From positions 116,868-180,867 of IMG/VR virus record IMGVR_UViG_3300029305_005185: a stretch of 64,000 nt of DNA. The stretch is one strand, 5' to 3'. Source of the DNA: a virus (Duplodnaviria > Caudoviricetes). Positions 34,961 through 46,497 of this stretch are shown here, one piece after another (positions within the stretch are counted from its first letter, which is position 1; each line of letters opens with the position of its first letter). The notes below the pieces were generated by a model that did no database searches, was not told the DNA's origin, and was given only the letters and a program-made list of their open reading frames with translations. The translations under genes and the position numbers were made by a program.

Positions 34961-35125
34961 ATAAATATAGTCTTTTATTTTTGACAAAAATGAAATTTTA
35001 ATGTATAATATTAACATAAAGATAAGGAGTGGAACTTATGACTATTGTTGATATTATACTTTTTTTGTTTATTATTTTAGGTATATGTTGGATAAACCGT
35101 TATGAAATTGAAAGGTGGCTTGTTA

Positions 35126-35578
35126 ATGTCAAAGATAGATTCCTTCACCGATAAATATGCTTTCATGAGTAATTTTTCTTATTCTCCTATGGAATTTGAC
35201 GGCATTATAGTTCCCACGGCAGAACACGCTTTTCAAATGATGAAAGCAACGACACGCGAAATGATGGAGTTTGTTGCTCTTGCTCCGACTGCTTCGCAGG
35301 CTAAATCTCGCGGTCGCGGAGTAAAACTGCGTGGTGATTGGGAGCAGATTAAGTTTGATGTAATGTATCGTATTCAGCAAGAAAAATATAAGCAAAATCC
35401 TTACATCGCCGCCGCACTGATTGCTACTGGCGACGCAGAACTTGAAGAAGGTAACTGGTGGCATGATAATACATGGGGAAACTGTAAGTGTGAACGGTGC
35501 CGCGACATTGAAGGACATAACATGCTTGGCAATATTTTGATGAAAGTGAGAAAAGAACTTTATGAAGAAAAAAATTAA
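35126..35578 (+). CDS. NADAR (YbiA-like) family protein
   Basis: Motifs FMSNF, TAEHAFQ..K, L.EGN.WHD..WG, G.N.LG..LM.VR. Confidence 0.88.
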   Translation: MSKIDSFTDKYAFMSNFSYSPMEFDGIIVPTAEHAFQMMKATTREMMEFVALAPTASQAKSRGRGVKLRGDWEQIKFDVMYRIQQEKYKQNPYIAAALIATGDAELEEGNWWHDNTWGNCKCERCRDIEGHNMLGNILMKVRKELYEEKN

Positions 35579-36136
35579 TTTTAATAATCTAACGCTTGAA
35601 GAAGCAAAGAATTATGCTTTTGAATCTATGTTTGTATCGGCTTTCAAATTTGATTATGGTGATACTTATACCATTGATAAATTTATTAAATTGGTAAAAG
35701 ATACTTCTATTATGGATTACGATGGTATTGGTTATGCAGCGTTTGAAATTGAAGGCCATCTTTATGAATTTAAAGAAATGGAAATTTATTGTGATGTAGA
35801 CTGGCTTGAAAAAAAGAAAGAAATGGGTATTACTCATATTAGATGGTATAACAAATGATTACAGTAATTAAAAATGGTAAAGCAAAACGTGTATGTTGTC
35901 CTCATTGTGAAAGTCTTTTAGAATATGAAGTTGGCGACTTAATGATGGGCGGCTCGGTTGGAAAATTTTATTATTATTTGCCTTGCCCCGTATGTGACGA
36001 AGAGATTGTTGGAGATTATTTTAAGGTATTGATTGAATGCTCTTCTGGCAGAAAGAAAACTTATAAAAAATTAGGAAAAGAACAGTATACTTATGTAGAT
36101 TTTGGCGAACCTCAACGGCTTGATAGACCATTATAA
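35562..36136 (+). other. Two small hypothetical CDSs (second with zinc ribbon)
   Basis: Overlapping ORFs; CPHC and CPVC motifs. Confidence 0.55.
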
Positions 36137-36162
36137 ATAAATAAGAAAGGAAATAAAACAAA

Positions 36163-36618
36163 ATGACTCTTGAAATTCTACAGAATGAAATGATTACTGC
36201 CATGAAGAATGGCGACAAATTTACTAAGACTACCATTAGTGGTCTTATTGCTCAGATTAAAAAGGCAGCAATTGATAAGGGCTGCCGCGATAACATTACC
36301 GAAGAGTTTGTAAATGCCGAACTTCTCAAAGCGAAGAAGCAGGCACAGGAAAGTATTGACGGCGCTGTCGCCGCTGGTCGTGAAAATTTGATTGAGGAAT
36401 ATTCAAAACAGTTTGATATTATCAATCTCTTTGCTCCTCAGTTGATTCAAACTATTGCTGATATTCATGAAATTATTGACGTCAAGTATGAAGGTCCCAT
36501 TACTAAAAAGGACCTTATGAAGTGGCTAAATACTAATTATCGCGGCCGCATGGATATGGGCGTCGCCGCGCGTGTAGTTGATGGTTTGGTGAAAGGAGCA
36601 CAGCAGAGTTCGCTATGA
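36163..36618 (+). CDS. GatB/YqeY domain protein
   Basis: Motifs MITAMKNGDK, AGRENL, FAPQL, GRMDMG. Confidence 0.82.
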   Translation: MTLEILQNEMITAMKNGDKFTKTTISGLIAQIKKAAIDKGCRDNITEEFVNAELLKAKKQAQESIDGAVAAGRENLIEEYSKQFDIINLFAPQLIQTIADIHEIIDVKYEGPITKKDLMKWLNTNYRGRMDMGVAARVVDGLVKGAQQSSL

Positions 36619-36980
36619 TGGAAGGTATTGAAATTCTTTCGATTGGCTCTATTGGGATTAATCAGGTATTTAATTGGAATGCCGCAATTGCCGGCGGGCT
36701 TGTATTAGGATTTTTATGTAGTCTTTATGTTTTCTTTAGCACAGATAGCTTACTTGCTGGTATAACTGCTTTTATAATTTTGGGACTTTTCTTTGGTTTT
36801 ATACTTGGTATCAGTGTAGAAAAATATGCTGATACTATGCCGACTTATAAAGTAACTGTTAATGATACAATTAGTATTAATGAATTTTATGAACGATATG
36901 AAGTCTTAGAACAAGATGGAAAAATCTTTACGATTAAGGAAAAAACAGAAAATGGCAGTAACGGCTTACCCGCGTCGTGA
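36615..36980 (+). CDS. Membrane protein
   Basis: Two TM segments. Confidence 0.6.
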   Translation: MMEGIEILSIGSIGINQVFNWNAAIAGGLVLGFLCSLYVFFSTDSLLAGITAFIILGLFFGFILGISVEKYADTMPTYKVTVNDTISINEFYERYEVLEQDGKIFTIKEKTENGSNGLPAS

Positions 36981-37247
36981 TACGGAAGAAAATTGGATTA
37001 AAAATAATCCAATTTTAAAAAAGATGAAATTTGTGTAGTTTATACAGATTATACCGGTACCATGTATAAAAAAGGAAACGGTAATTCAAGATATACTGAG
37101 TTACCTTTCCTTCCTTTAGAAGAAGTGCTTGAACATGGTATAATGTATTCTAATGGGATTACTGTTAAAGTTAGAGGTTTCTTTAATGAAAATGCAGGAG
37201 AACAAAATGAAGAACAAGTATATTGTCCGGGAGAATTCGTCTGGTAA
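36952..37247 (+). CDS. Mtd_N-like protein joined by a -1 frameshift at A_AAA_AAG (37017-37023)
   Basis: MAVTAYPRRDTEENWIKNNPILKK continues as DEICVVYTD...KGNG...YTELPF in the -1 frame. Confidence 0.55.
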
Positions 37248-40070
37248 GACACGAGAATTATTGGAGTTTGCGAAAGAAAATAATCTTATTGTTATTTGCC
37301 GCGACGCAATAGCAATGGAGCGTAAAGCGCAAGCATATGGAATTTATGGATTGAATTTCTTTTCTTATGAAGAAATGGCTCATTTGTATGATGAAAGATT
37401 AGAACTTAATGACTGTCCTTTCGTTGTAGATGAAGTAGAAAGTTTTCTTTCTTTCTTTTTTGATAATGATTGTCGTGGTTTTACACAGACAGTGGAGTAA
37501 ATATGGAACCACTTTATAAAGGCTTTAAAGATTTTTTAGATTTTTATGTAAATTATGGTTGGAAGGAAAATAGCTCACAAGAAGAAAGGGATGCTTCTGA
37601 CGCTATGAGCCGAGTTCATACTCATGTATGTTGGTTAAATCCAACTGAAACAACTTTATCACGTCGCACAAGACGACTTTGTAAGAAATTTTGTAAGAAA
37701 AATAACATTCCCAAAGAACCATATTTTCCAAAAGAATATTGTTGTGACCATTGCCCAAATCTTATAACTGTTTATAAAGATGGAGATACTTTTCTTTTTG
37801 GCTTTGGTAATTCTTGGGTTGCTGAAAAACAAGGTAAAATTGAAATTTAACGCTATGACTATCCATAGCGTTTTTATTTTTGACAAATATAAAATTTTAT
37901 AGTATAATATATATGAAAGTGAGGGATAATATGAAAAAAGCTTATGTTGCTGTCAACTACCTTTTTACTGTTGAACCAAGCTATGTTGGATTAAACAATA
38001 ACTGTTCCGAAGAAGAACTTTATACCGCGGCAAAAGAATATATAGAAAATACTGCATCTGGAATGGATTTTCTTCTTGGAATGGAACATAATGATTTAGA
38101 AGTTAATGTTATGGAGGAAGTATGATTACAATTTTTATTATTACTGATAATGTTCGCCATTGGGCAGAAGATAAAGGTTATCCCAATGAGTGTATTAGAC
38201 ATACTCGCGAAAAGACTGTTGTTTGTATTGGCGACGTTTAAATTATTATTGTAAATAAACTTCCTCTTACTCTAAGAGGATATAAGATAGACAAATGGAT
38301 TATTGATAAACCAATTACACGAAGAGAACTTCAAGAAATTCAATGGTCTTTCAATCCTGCTCGTGTGATTGAAACTAAAAAGTTTGAATTTATCAATCCT
38401 CATCATACTTGTCTTGAATGGGATGGTTTTGACGACCGCGGTTGGTATTGTAGTTCTTGCGATAAAGATTTTGGGCATGATAAACCTAATTATAAGTTTT
38501 GTCCTTATTGTGGAACGGAATGGGAGAATAATTAATGAGTATGGGTTCTGAGTGGTTAGCCGACCACGCATATGAATTATATAATAGGTCATCAATTGAT
38601 ACATCTAAATGGAAAACCAAAGATGGACGTGTGCTAAATGTTTGTGATATGACGACAGAGCATATTAAAAATTGTATGAATATGGTTGGAAAAGAAAATC
38701 CGTATTGGTGGCCATTTGCAAAAGAATTACTGAAACGAGTTGGAGTAAAAGTATGAGTAAATATATAGATTTAGAACCAATTCTTCATGTGCCAAATATT
38801 CGTAAGGTTTATGAGTATGATGAAACAGGTGAATATATTACTTATCTCGCTGTTCCGCTTGAAGTATTGGAAAACGCGGTAGAACATAAAGGTTTTTGGA
38901 GCAGTGAATGCGAACCATATTATACTTGTTCGTCTTGTAAACATACTTTTAGTTTGTTCCAGGCGACGAAGTATTGTCCTAATTGTGGTGCAAAAATGGT
39001 ATTTGGAGGAATATAAAATGCCTTGTATAATGCCCGAACAGCCCTATTGTCCTGCTTGTCATTATGGACTTATTGTTCCTGATGAAAACGATGATAGTTT
39101 TTGTGAGTGGATTTGTTTGTTAGAAGAAGAGGATTGTTAAAAATTTAACAATTCATATATATTTTTGACTTTTTATAAAAAATCATATATAATATATATG
39201 TAAGTTGAAGGAAAGGTTGAAAAAAAATGTTTCGCAATAGTGTTAAGAATGTTATTCAACTTTGGAAAGAGGATAGTCATCTTCATGAATCTGTAATGTA
39301 TGATATAAATTATGATACCAAGAAAATTACTATTTATACAACGCGACCGGGTTGGATGATTGGTATGGCGGGTACGCGAGTTAATGAATACACAGAAAAA
39401 ATGAAGCAAGTTTGGCCTCTTTTTGAAGGTTTTCTTTTCAAAGAAGTTCAAGAGTGGGTGTATTAAATGTTGACTTATGATTATATTCTTAATAGTATAG
39501 AAGAATACGCTGTCTATGATACAGTTGGCAAGAAAATTGCCTCTTGGAAAGTTGAAGATACGGCACAATCAACTTATATCAACTGTCGTAATTGTGGCGC
39601 TCCCGTGAAAGGATATAAGTGTAAATACTGTGGTACAAAATATTGATGTTTATTGGGATTATGAACTTGATGAATTATATACTTTAATTCCAATTGAAAA
39701 TCAAACACTTCGTTTGGGTATTCAACTTATGGAAGAAACCTATGAAACAGTTTATGGAAATATTTATATTTCCGTATATAATAAACGCAAGCACCGCGAC
39801 TACAATGAAGATAATATCTTATGGACTGGTCGCAATCCAATTCAAACTGTTTTTTATGGCATGCGAGCTTTTAAAGAACTTGAAAAGACGGCATTAGAAA
39901 AATGGAATCAAACTTATAAAGTTATTCTTTTTTGTGATTGGTTGGATAAACGCCGGCGTGATGTTTATTATAAGTTTCTTTCAAGACGAGGATATCGCTA
40001 TGATAGACTTGGAGGAAAGAAAGTAATTATGAAAGTGTGGAAGAAGGGTGAGTATAAAACTGTGGATTGA
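37186..40070 (+). other. Array of small hypothetical CDSs (zinc ribbons; KH-like 39227..39466)
   Basis: Packed ORFs. ITIYTTRPGWMIG resembles the ribosomal S3 KH motif. Confidence 0.55.
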
Positions 40071-40368
40071 TGATGTCCGTCCCGCCCCAGAGGGTTATTT
40101 CTGGGCTAGAAGCGTCAATGATGCTAAACATTACCTTGAGTGGTGGGAAAAACATTGCCGTATAAGTATTGAGCAAGAAGGCATATTTCTTGATATTGAC
40201 CATGACGCCGGTGATTTCGCTCGCGATGGCGGTGACTATATCAAACTTCTTGACTGGCTTGAAGAAACTGGTCGCAACTATCCTATCCGAATTCACAGTA
40301 TGAATCCCGTCGGCGTTGCCAATATGCGTCGTATTATTGAGCGGAATGGTTGGAAGGAGATTAAATAA
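40048..40368 (+). CDS. Cyclic-phosphate-processing receiver-like domain protein
   Basis: Motifs LWIDDVR, LDIDHD, IHSMNPVG..NM. Confidence 0.7.
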   Translation: MSIKLWIDDVRPAPEGYFWARSVNDAKHYLEWWEKHCRISIEQEGIFLDIDHDAGDFARDGGDYIKLLDWLEETGRNYPIRIHSMNPVGVANMRRIIERNGWKEIK

Positions 40369-40573
40369 TGGAAGCGAAAATTAAATTAATTATTAGTCAA
40401 GATGAATTTGACGAATATTGTAAAGGATATCATGAACTTAATGACAATCTCCCGACTTTAAAGCAGGTAAAAGAAGTTTTTATTGATTGGTTTATGTCTA
40501 ATAAAAACGATTATATCAATAGTCATTGTGGTATTGATATTGTTCTTGAAATAAATAATAAGGAAGTATTGTT

Positions 40574-40864
40574 ATGAAAAAGAAAATTGCTTTGATTTTG
40601 GTTCTTTGCGTTATGGCTACTATGCTGTGTAGTTGTTCTTCTACTTCCTATGATGAAGCAAAGACTTCCGATACGTATGCTTTTAGTAATGGATATTTTA
40701 CTGTTATTAAAGAATGGGATGGAGGAGTAAATTCTCCTCTTGAACGAATCGTTTATGCTAATGATACTGGCGTAATGTATTATACATATGCTTATGGTCA
40801 TCGCGGCGGTATCACTCCTCTTTATAACGCCGATGGCACTTTACAGATTTATGAGGGTAAGTAA
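40574..40864 (+). CDS. Lipoprotein
   Basis: Signal peptide with LCSC lipobox-like site. Confidence 0.65.
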   Translation: MKKKIALILVLCVMATMLCSCSSTSYDEAKTSDTYAFSNGYFTVIKEWDGGVNSPLERIVYANDTGVMYYTYAYGHRGGITPLYNADGTLQIYEGK

Positions 40865-41053
40865 ATGGTAGTTGGAATGTTAGTTATGGTACTTGGAGCG
40901 ATTGGAATGTTTTATTCTTATTTCAATCCTTCAAATTGGCTTATTGCCATCTCCGCTTCTGCAATTGGTATAGGTTTCGGCGGTGCGATGGATAGTTATA
41001 GCCAGCTTATACAAAGAATTGAAAGATTAGAAAAGAAAGAAGGAAAATAAATT

Positions 41054-42460
41054 ATGGCATACTCTGGTTATATTACTCGTCTTAAGAACGTACATAAGCA
41101 TCCCAATGCCGACCGTCTTCTGCTTGCCGAATGCTTTGGCAACCAGGTAATCGTATCTACCGATTATACCGAAGGTCAGCTTGGTGTATATTTCCCCTCT
41201 GATGGTCAGCTGTGTCAGGAATATTGTGAAATTAATAACCTTTTGCGTAAGAAGGATGAGAATGGCAACAACATTGGTGGTTATATGGACGAACGCCGTC
41301 GTGTTACTGCCGTAAAGCTTCGTGGCGAAAAGTCCGATGGTTTGTTCATGCCCTTGACCTCTCTTGCTAATTTCACTACTGTGTCTGACCTAAAGGAAGG
41401 CGACACTATTACTGTATTGAATGGTGTAGAGATTTGTAAGAAGTATATTCCTCCCCGTAAGTCTGGTTCTTGGCATGGTACTGGCAAGTCTGGTAAGGCA
41501 AAGGCAAATTTCGCTCCTACTTTTGTAGAGCATGTTGATACTGAGCAGTTGGCTTATCACCTCAATGATTTCCGTGCCGGCAATGTGGTTGAACTTACTT
41601 TGAAGATGCATGGCACTTCGGCTCGTACTGGCTACCTGCCTCTTGTGCATGAAAAGAAGCGTACCTTGTGGCAGAAGATTATGCGTAAGCCCGCTTATAC
41701 CTATATGGAATATGGCTATGTAACTGGTACTCGTCGTGTTGTACTTGACGATAAGCATGATGGTGGTTTCTATTCTGACAATCAGTTCCGTCATGAAATG
41801 GCAAAGAAGTTTGAAGGTAAGCTTCATAAGGGTGAAACCGTTTATTATGAAATTGTTGGCTTTGTAAATGAATCTACTCCTATCATGTCCTCTTGTGATA
41901 ACAAGAAGATTAAGGATAAGGAGTTCGTGAAGCAGTATGGTGATACTACTGTGTTCTCTTATGGTTGCGACCCCAATGGCGGTTGGGAAGAAGAACATTA
42001 TTGCTCTGTCCCTGATGTACTGGATTTTGATAAGATTATCGCGCCCAAGTGCGAAGTTTATGTATACCGCATGACTATGTCTAACGATGAAGGCGACGTT
42101 GTAGAAATGTCTCCTGAACAGATGCGTCTGCGTTGCGAACAGATGGGTGTAAAGTACGTGCCGGTGTTTGAAACCTTCATGATTCCTGAAATGGGCGTAG
42201 ATGTAAATGGTGATGGCGAAGCCGATACCCATGTTATCTCTCCCGGCGAATATGTCCTGCGTAAGGTAGAGGAATACTTTGACGGTCCTGACCCGATTGG
42301 TAAGACTCATATTCGTGAAGGTGTAGTCGCTCGCGTTGTAAATCGTCCGAATATTACTGTGTATAAGCACAAGAACTTTAACTTCAAGGTGCTTGAAGGC
42401 ATTATCAAGGATAGTGCTGATGCGCCCGATATGGAAGAAGCCCAGGAGGCAGAGAATTAA
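41054..42460 (+). CDS. ATP-dependent RNA ligase (Rnl2/DRB0094-like, with N-terminal OB module)
   Basis: Motifs HPNADRL, KLRGEKSDG, motif I TLKMHGTS, YYEIVG, REGVV, YKHKN..FK. Confidence 0.85.
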   Translation: MAYSGYITRLKNVHKHPNADRLLLAECFGNQVIVSTDYTEGQLGVYFPSDGQLCQEYCEINNLLRKKDENGNNIGGYMDERRRVTAVKLRGEKSDGLFMPLTSLANFTTVSDLKEGDTITVLNGVEICKKYIPPRKSGSWHGTGKSGKAKANFAPTFVEHVDTEQLAYHLNDFRAGNVVELTLKMHGTSARTGYLPLVHEKKRTLWQKIMRKPAYTYMEYGYVTGTRRVVLDDKHDGGFYSDNQFRHEMAKKFEGKLHKGETVYYEIVGFVNESTPIMSSCDNKKIKDKEFVKQYGDTTVFSYGCDPNGGWEEEHYCSVPDVLDFDKIIAPKCEVYVYRMTMSNDEGDVVEMSPEQMRLRCEQMGVKYVPVFETFMIPEMGVDVNGDGEADTHVISPGEYVLRKVEEYFDGPDPIGKTHIREGVVARVVNRPNITVYKHKNFNFKVLEGIIKDSADAPDMEEAQEAEN

Positions 42461-42553
42461 CTCTGCCTTTTGGCAAATTTTTTGGGAATTTTTTATTGGT
42501 ATTTTTAAGTGTTTGTTTACTTATTTTTAGAAAGGATATAATTAAATTATATT

Positions 42554-43327
42554 ATGATTGAAGTTGGTAAAACTTATAATGCTTGGACTGTGATTGAAGA
42601 TTTGGGAACTAAACCTACTGGAAAGAGTGGCGCAAAAAGACATTTTTATCTTTGTGAGTGTGTTTGTGGAACGCGAAAAGAAGTACGTAGCGATAATCTA
42701 TCAAGTGGTCATAGTAATGGTTGCGGTTGTTTAAGAAAGAAATTAACGCCAGAAACGTGGAAACAAAAAGATGCGAGTGATAAAAGTTATAAACCTCGTC
42801 ATGGAGAAAGTATTATTGGCAAAACTTTTGGTGATTTATATGTAATGGAATTTGACCATACAGATACTGGTTTAAAGCAATGGTTTAAATGTAAGTGTTC
42901 TTGCGGAAATGAAGTTCTTAAAAGAGGAGATTATCTAAGAGTTAATGGCGTTATTGCTTGTGACGAATGTATTCATTCTATTTCTTATGGAGAGTTAGCC
43001 GTAAGAAAGAAACTTCAAGATAAAAAAGTTCTTTTTAAAGAACAGGTAACATTTGACAATCTTGTTGGTTATACTGGTTCTAAATTACGTTTTGATTTTG
43101 TAATTTATAATAAAAATAATACTCCCATTGCAGCAATTGAGTTTCAGGGTAAACAGCATTATGAGCCAATTGAATTTTTTGGTGGTTTAGAACGGTTTAA
43201 TAAACAACAAGAATACGACAATCGCAAAAGAAAATATTGTATTAATAATAATATAATTTTAATTGAAATTCCTTATAATTATAATAATTTAGATGAATAC
43301 TTAGAGGGATTATATGGTAGATTTTGA
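42554..43327 (+). CDS. Homing-type endonuclease with Cys repeats and C-terminal PD-(D/E)xK domain
   Basis: Motifs CECVCG, CKCSCG, SYGE, LRFDF, IEFQGKQHY, D..K..YC. Confidence 0.75.
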   Translation: MIEVGKTYNAWTVIEDLGTKPTGKSGAKRHFYLCECVCGTRKEVRSDNLSSGHSNGCGCLRKKLTPETWKQKDASDKSYKPRHGESIIGKTFGDLYVMEFDHTDTGLKQWFKCKCSCGNEVLKRGDYLRVNGVIACDECIHSISYGELAVRKKLQDKKVLFKEQVTFDNLVGYTGSKLRFDFVIYNKNNTPIAAIEFQGKQHYEPIEFFGGLERFNKQQEYDNRKRKYCINNNIILIEIPYNYNNLDEYLEGLYGRF

Positions 43328-43840
43328 TACTGGTTCAAATTTTATTTCTATTACTGCACCTAATGGCAGAACAATTAGTTTTGCTTGCTTTGATGACGGC
43401 AATCATGAAATTTGTTTTGAAGAAGCAAGTTATCGCAATGGTGTCGCCGCGACAGCGGATGAATGGAAAAAGTTTTTTGATGAGTGCTATAAGTTATTAG
43501 AAAAGTTTGGTGATTAATAATGCCTAATTGGTTAGTATTTATTTTAGGTATAATTTTAGGAGAAGTTGCCACTCTTTTCTTCTTGGCTTTGGCTAAAGTA
43601 AGTAAGTAAATAAAAATTTGACAAATTATAAAAATTCATATATAATATATACATAATCAAAGGAAAGGTGTAAGAATTATGTGGTGTGATTTCTTATGTG
43701 ATGGATGCCCTAATTACGAAGAATGTCATCGTTCTAATAATAATTATGATGTTGAAGAATTACAGCACAAAACTGTTCGCACACAAGAAGAGTATAATGA
43801 AATGTATAAAAATCTTGTAGAAGAGGAATGGAATTAAATT

Positions 43841-44236
43841 ATGATTTTGCTTGAAAATCCACCTAAAGCAAAAGATTTACGCGAAAAGGCTAATAAGTAT
43901 TGGGCAAATCAGCGTTATAATATGATAGAAAATGGTTTAAAAAGATTTCTTGGAGAGATCGCTGATTGTGCTTCTTTGGGCACTACTTCGGTAACTTGGA
44001 TTTTGGATGGTTCGGTAACTACAGGCGATTCTAATTGGGATGATTATATAAAAAATCTGAAAAAAAATTCTGATGAATTAATGTGTTTTGTCGGTGTTCT
44101 TAAATATGAATTAGAACAACTTGGTTACCATGTTTGGAGAGTAGGATTTAAATCGTCGGGTAATTTTGCTGGTTTGCTTGTTTCTTGGGAAGAAAAGAAA
44201 AAATTTCCAAAGTGTAAATATACAAGATTTTTTTGA
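43841..44236 (+). CDS. Hypothetical protein
   Basis: 131-aa ORF. Confidence 0.55.
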   Translation: MILLENPPKAKDLREKANKYWANQRYNMIENGLKRFLGEIADCASLGTTSVTWILDGSVTTGDSNWDDYIKNLKKNSDELMCFVGVLKYELEQLGYHVWRVGFKSSGNFAGLLVSWEEKKKFPKCKYTRFF

Positions 44237-44438
44237 CAAATTTAAAAATTTATTATATAATATATTCATAAGGTTGGAAAAAGAATGTTGAGAAACATAC
44301 TTTAATCCTTACCTGAAAATAAGAACTTGAAAATTTGACAAGAATGAAAATTTCTGTTATAATATTTTTGTCTTATGAGAGCAATAAAATGTTCTCTTTA
44401 TAATATTGAGCTGGGCATCTTACAATCTGCCCTCGCGA

Positions 44439-44514
44439 CGCCGAGTAGAGAAGTGGTCATCTCGCTAGCCCCATAAGCTAGAAATCGTTGGTTCGAATCC
44501 AGCCTTGGCTACCA
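44439..44514 (+). tRNA. tRNA-Met(CAT), initiator-like
   Basis: Anticodon arm CTAGC-CCCATAA-GCTAG; C1/U72 mismatch; CCA. Confidence 0.85.
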
Positions 44515-44742
44515 TCTTGGGAGTAATTGACCCCAAAAGAAGGCGAGCGTAAGCCGTTCTTCCTAAGGCAGTGCACGGCCAGATATTTATGTCCGCCAAG
44601 AGGCAGAAAAGATTACTTGGTGACGAGGAATTCAATATGAAAACTGACTTTTTGGAGTTTGCAAAAGAGAAACTCTACGTTGGCGGTTCGTTAAATCCTC
44701 TACGTGAATGAGGGAGCCGGTATATGCCTGTCCGGTGAATAT

Positions 44743-44817
44743 GGGTTCATAGTGGTAATGGTAACACTTCTGCCTTGCAAGCAGAGATTGAGAGTTCGAT
44801 TCTCTCTGGATCCACCA
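44743..44817 (+). tRNA. tRNA-Ala(TGC)
   Basis: Anticodon arm TCTGC-CTTGCAA-GCAGA; G3:U70; CCA. Confidence 0.92.
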
Positions 44818-45303
44818 GCCGACTGACAGACGTAATCTGTTAAAGGAAGAAACCGACTTTAGAAGATAAGTAGACGTGCAGGATGGCCACCATGGAGAGT
44901 GCGAGGTTCGAGTCCTCGGCGGTTAAGTGTACTTTATCTTTGGTTAGTCCTCAGCCAGACGTTTGCGGAAGCGTCGTGACAAACATAGATTATTATGGCA
45001 AAATGGTAAAAAGAATCCGCATTCTTAGTAGCCTATGGTGGGAAAGAGGATGCCCCACTGATGAGTTTTGTTTGATGTTCGTTTTTCTCTGAAAAATCAA
45101 ATGCTTTTAGACGGAAATAGCTAGCCGTCGGAGCCGCGTGTGCAGGATTCGCGGCGAACAAAATAAATAAATCGCTGTATGCGGCGAAGGCCGTTGAAGC
45201 ACCTGCTAGCTAAAGGTGGTCTTTCGAAAGTCTATCGTGAAAAGAAGTGTAGAGTGATACAAATGTTTCACGCGGTCAGAGGATAGCCGTACAAACCTCG
45301 TGC

Positions 45304-45380
45304 GGCCCTGTGGCTCAGTTGGTCAGAGCGTTTGACTGTTAATCAAAATGTCGTGGGTTCGAATCCCACCGGGGCCTCCA
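45304..45380 (+). tRNA. tRNA-Asn(GTT)
   Basis: Anticodon arm TTTGA-CTGTTAA-TCAAA; CCA. Confidence 0.9.
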
Positions 45381-45470
45381 ACTCACTCCTTGGATTGGGG
45401 AGTATATAAATAAGCACTACTTTTGCCTGCTCTCGGGGTCCAGCGTAGCAAGAAACAATGAGAGAATTTA

Positions 45471-45530
45471 AAGACGCATTCAGCAATTTATAGTATAATT
45501 ATTTGGCAGAATAATGATTATTTGCGTCTT
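45471..45530 (+). repeat. Clamp element copy 2
   Basis: AAGACGCATTCAGCAA...TGCGTCTT. Confidence 0.78.
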
Positions 45531-45536
45531 GTTTAT

Positions 45537-45610
45537 GCACCGGTGGCGTAGCGATAGCGTACCGTCCTTCCAAGTCGGGGGTGTGGGTTTAACTCCCATC
45601 CGGTGCTCCA
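45537..45610 (+). tRNA. tRNA-Gly(TCC)
   Basis: Loop CTTCCAA; acceptor GCACCGG/CCGGTGC; ends TCCA. Confidence 0.85.
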
Positions 45611-45620
45611 CTAGCCTTTC

Positions 45621-45693
45621 AGACGTGTCAGCAATGTTGAATTAATATGCGACTTATAACCTTCAAGGTAGGCTCTTGATTGTATCCGCGTCT
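45621..45693 (+). repeat. Clamp element copy 3 (divergent)
   Basis: AGACGTGTCAGCAA...CGCGTCT. Confidence 0.6.
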
Positions 45694-45701
45694 AGTAATA
45701 T

Positions 45702-45776
45702 CGCGCCGTAGGCAAGCGGTCTAAGCCACCAGCCCTTCAAGCTGGCATTCGCTGAGTTCAAATCTCGCCGGCGTGA
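45702..45776 (+). tRNA. tRNA-Glu(TTC), CCA not encoded
   Basis: Anticodon arm CCAGC-CCTTCAA-GCTGG; acceptor CGCGCCG/CGGCGTG. Confidence 0.8.
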
Positions 45777-45859
45777 GGAGATACAAGTCAATTAACCTTC
45801 ACGTGGTTATCTCTGTTTAAACAAATGGATTGACAATTATAAAGAGGAGCTGTTTAACT

Positions 45860-46489
45860 ATGGCATACATTTATAAAATTGAAAACGATATAAATGGTAA
45901 AGTTTATATTGGAAAGACTGAATTAACTATTGAAAAACGTTTTAAATAGCATTGTATTGATTCTCAAAAAAGAAAAAATGAAAATCGTCCTTTGTATAAA
46001 GCAATGAATAAATATGGGATAGAACATTTTCATATTTCTTTAATTGAAGAAACAGATAATCCATCAGAACGAGAGCGATTTTGGATAGAATAGTTTAAAA
46101 GTTTTAAAAATGGTTATAATGCTACTTTAGGTGGAGATGGAAAATCATATTTAGATTATGATTTAGTTATAGAAACATATTTTGAAACTAAATCTATGAA
46201 AGATACTGCTCAAAAATTAAAAATTGATGAACATACAGTATCAAGAATTATTCATAATAATAAAATAATTCCGTTTAAATGTCCTCAATATAAAGGGACT
46301 TTAATAAATCAGTATGATTTAAATGATAATTATATTAAAACTTTTAATAGTATAACTGAAGCCGCGGCTTCCATTAAAGGAAAAAACCATGACCCAGGTT
46401 ACCGTTCTAAAATTAGTGATGTATGTAAAGGACGACGTAAAACTGCTTTGGGATATAAATGGAAATATGCTTCTGTTAATGAAGTATAA
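45860..46489 (+). CDS. GIY-YIG homing endonuclease with NUMOD1-like tail (2 TAG=Gln)
   Basis: Motifs YIYKIEN..NGKVYIGKT, RE.FWI, GYNATLGGDG, F.SITEAA, G.RKTALGYKWKY. Confidence 0.88.
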
Positions 46490-46497
46490 ATAATTTT

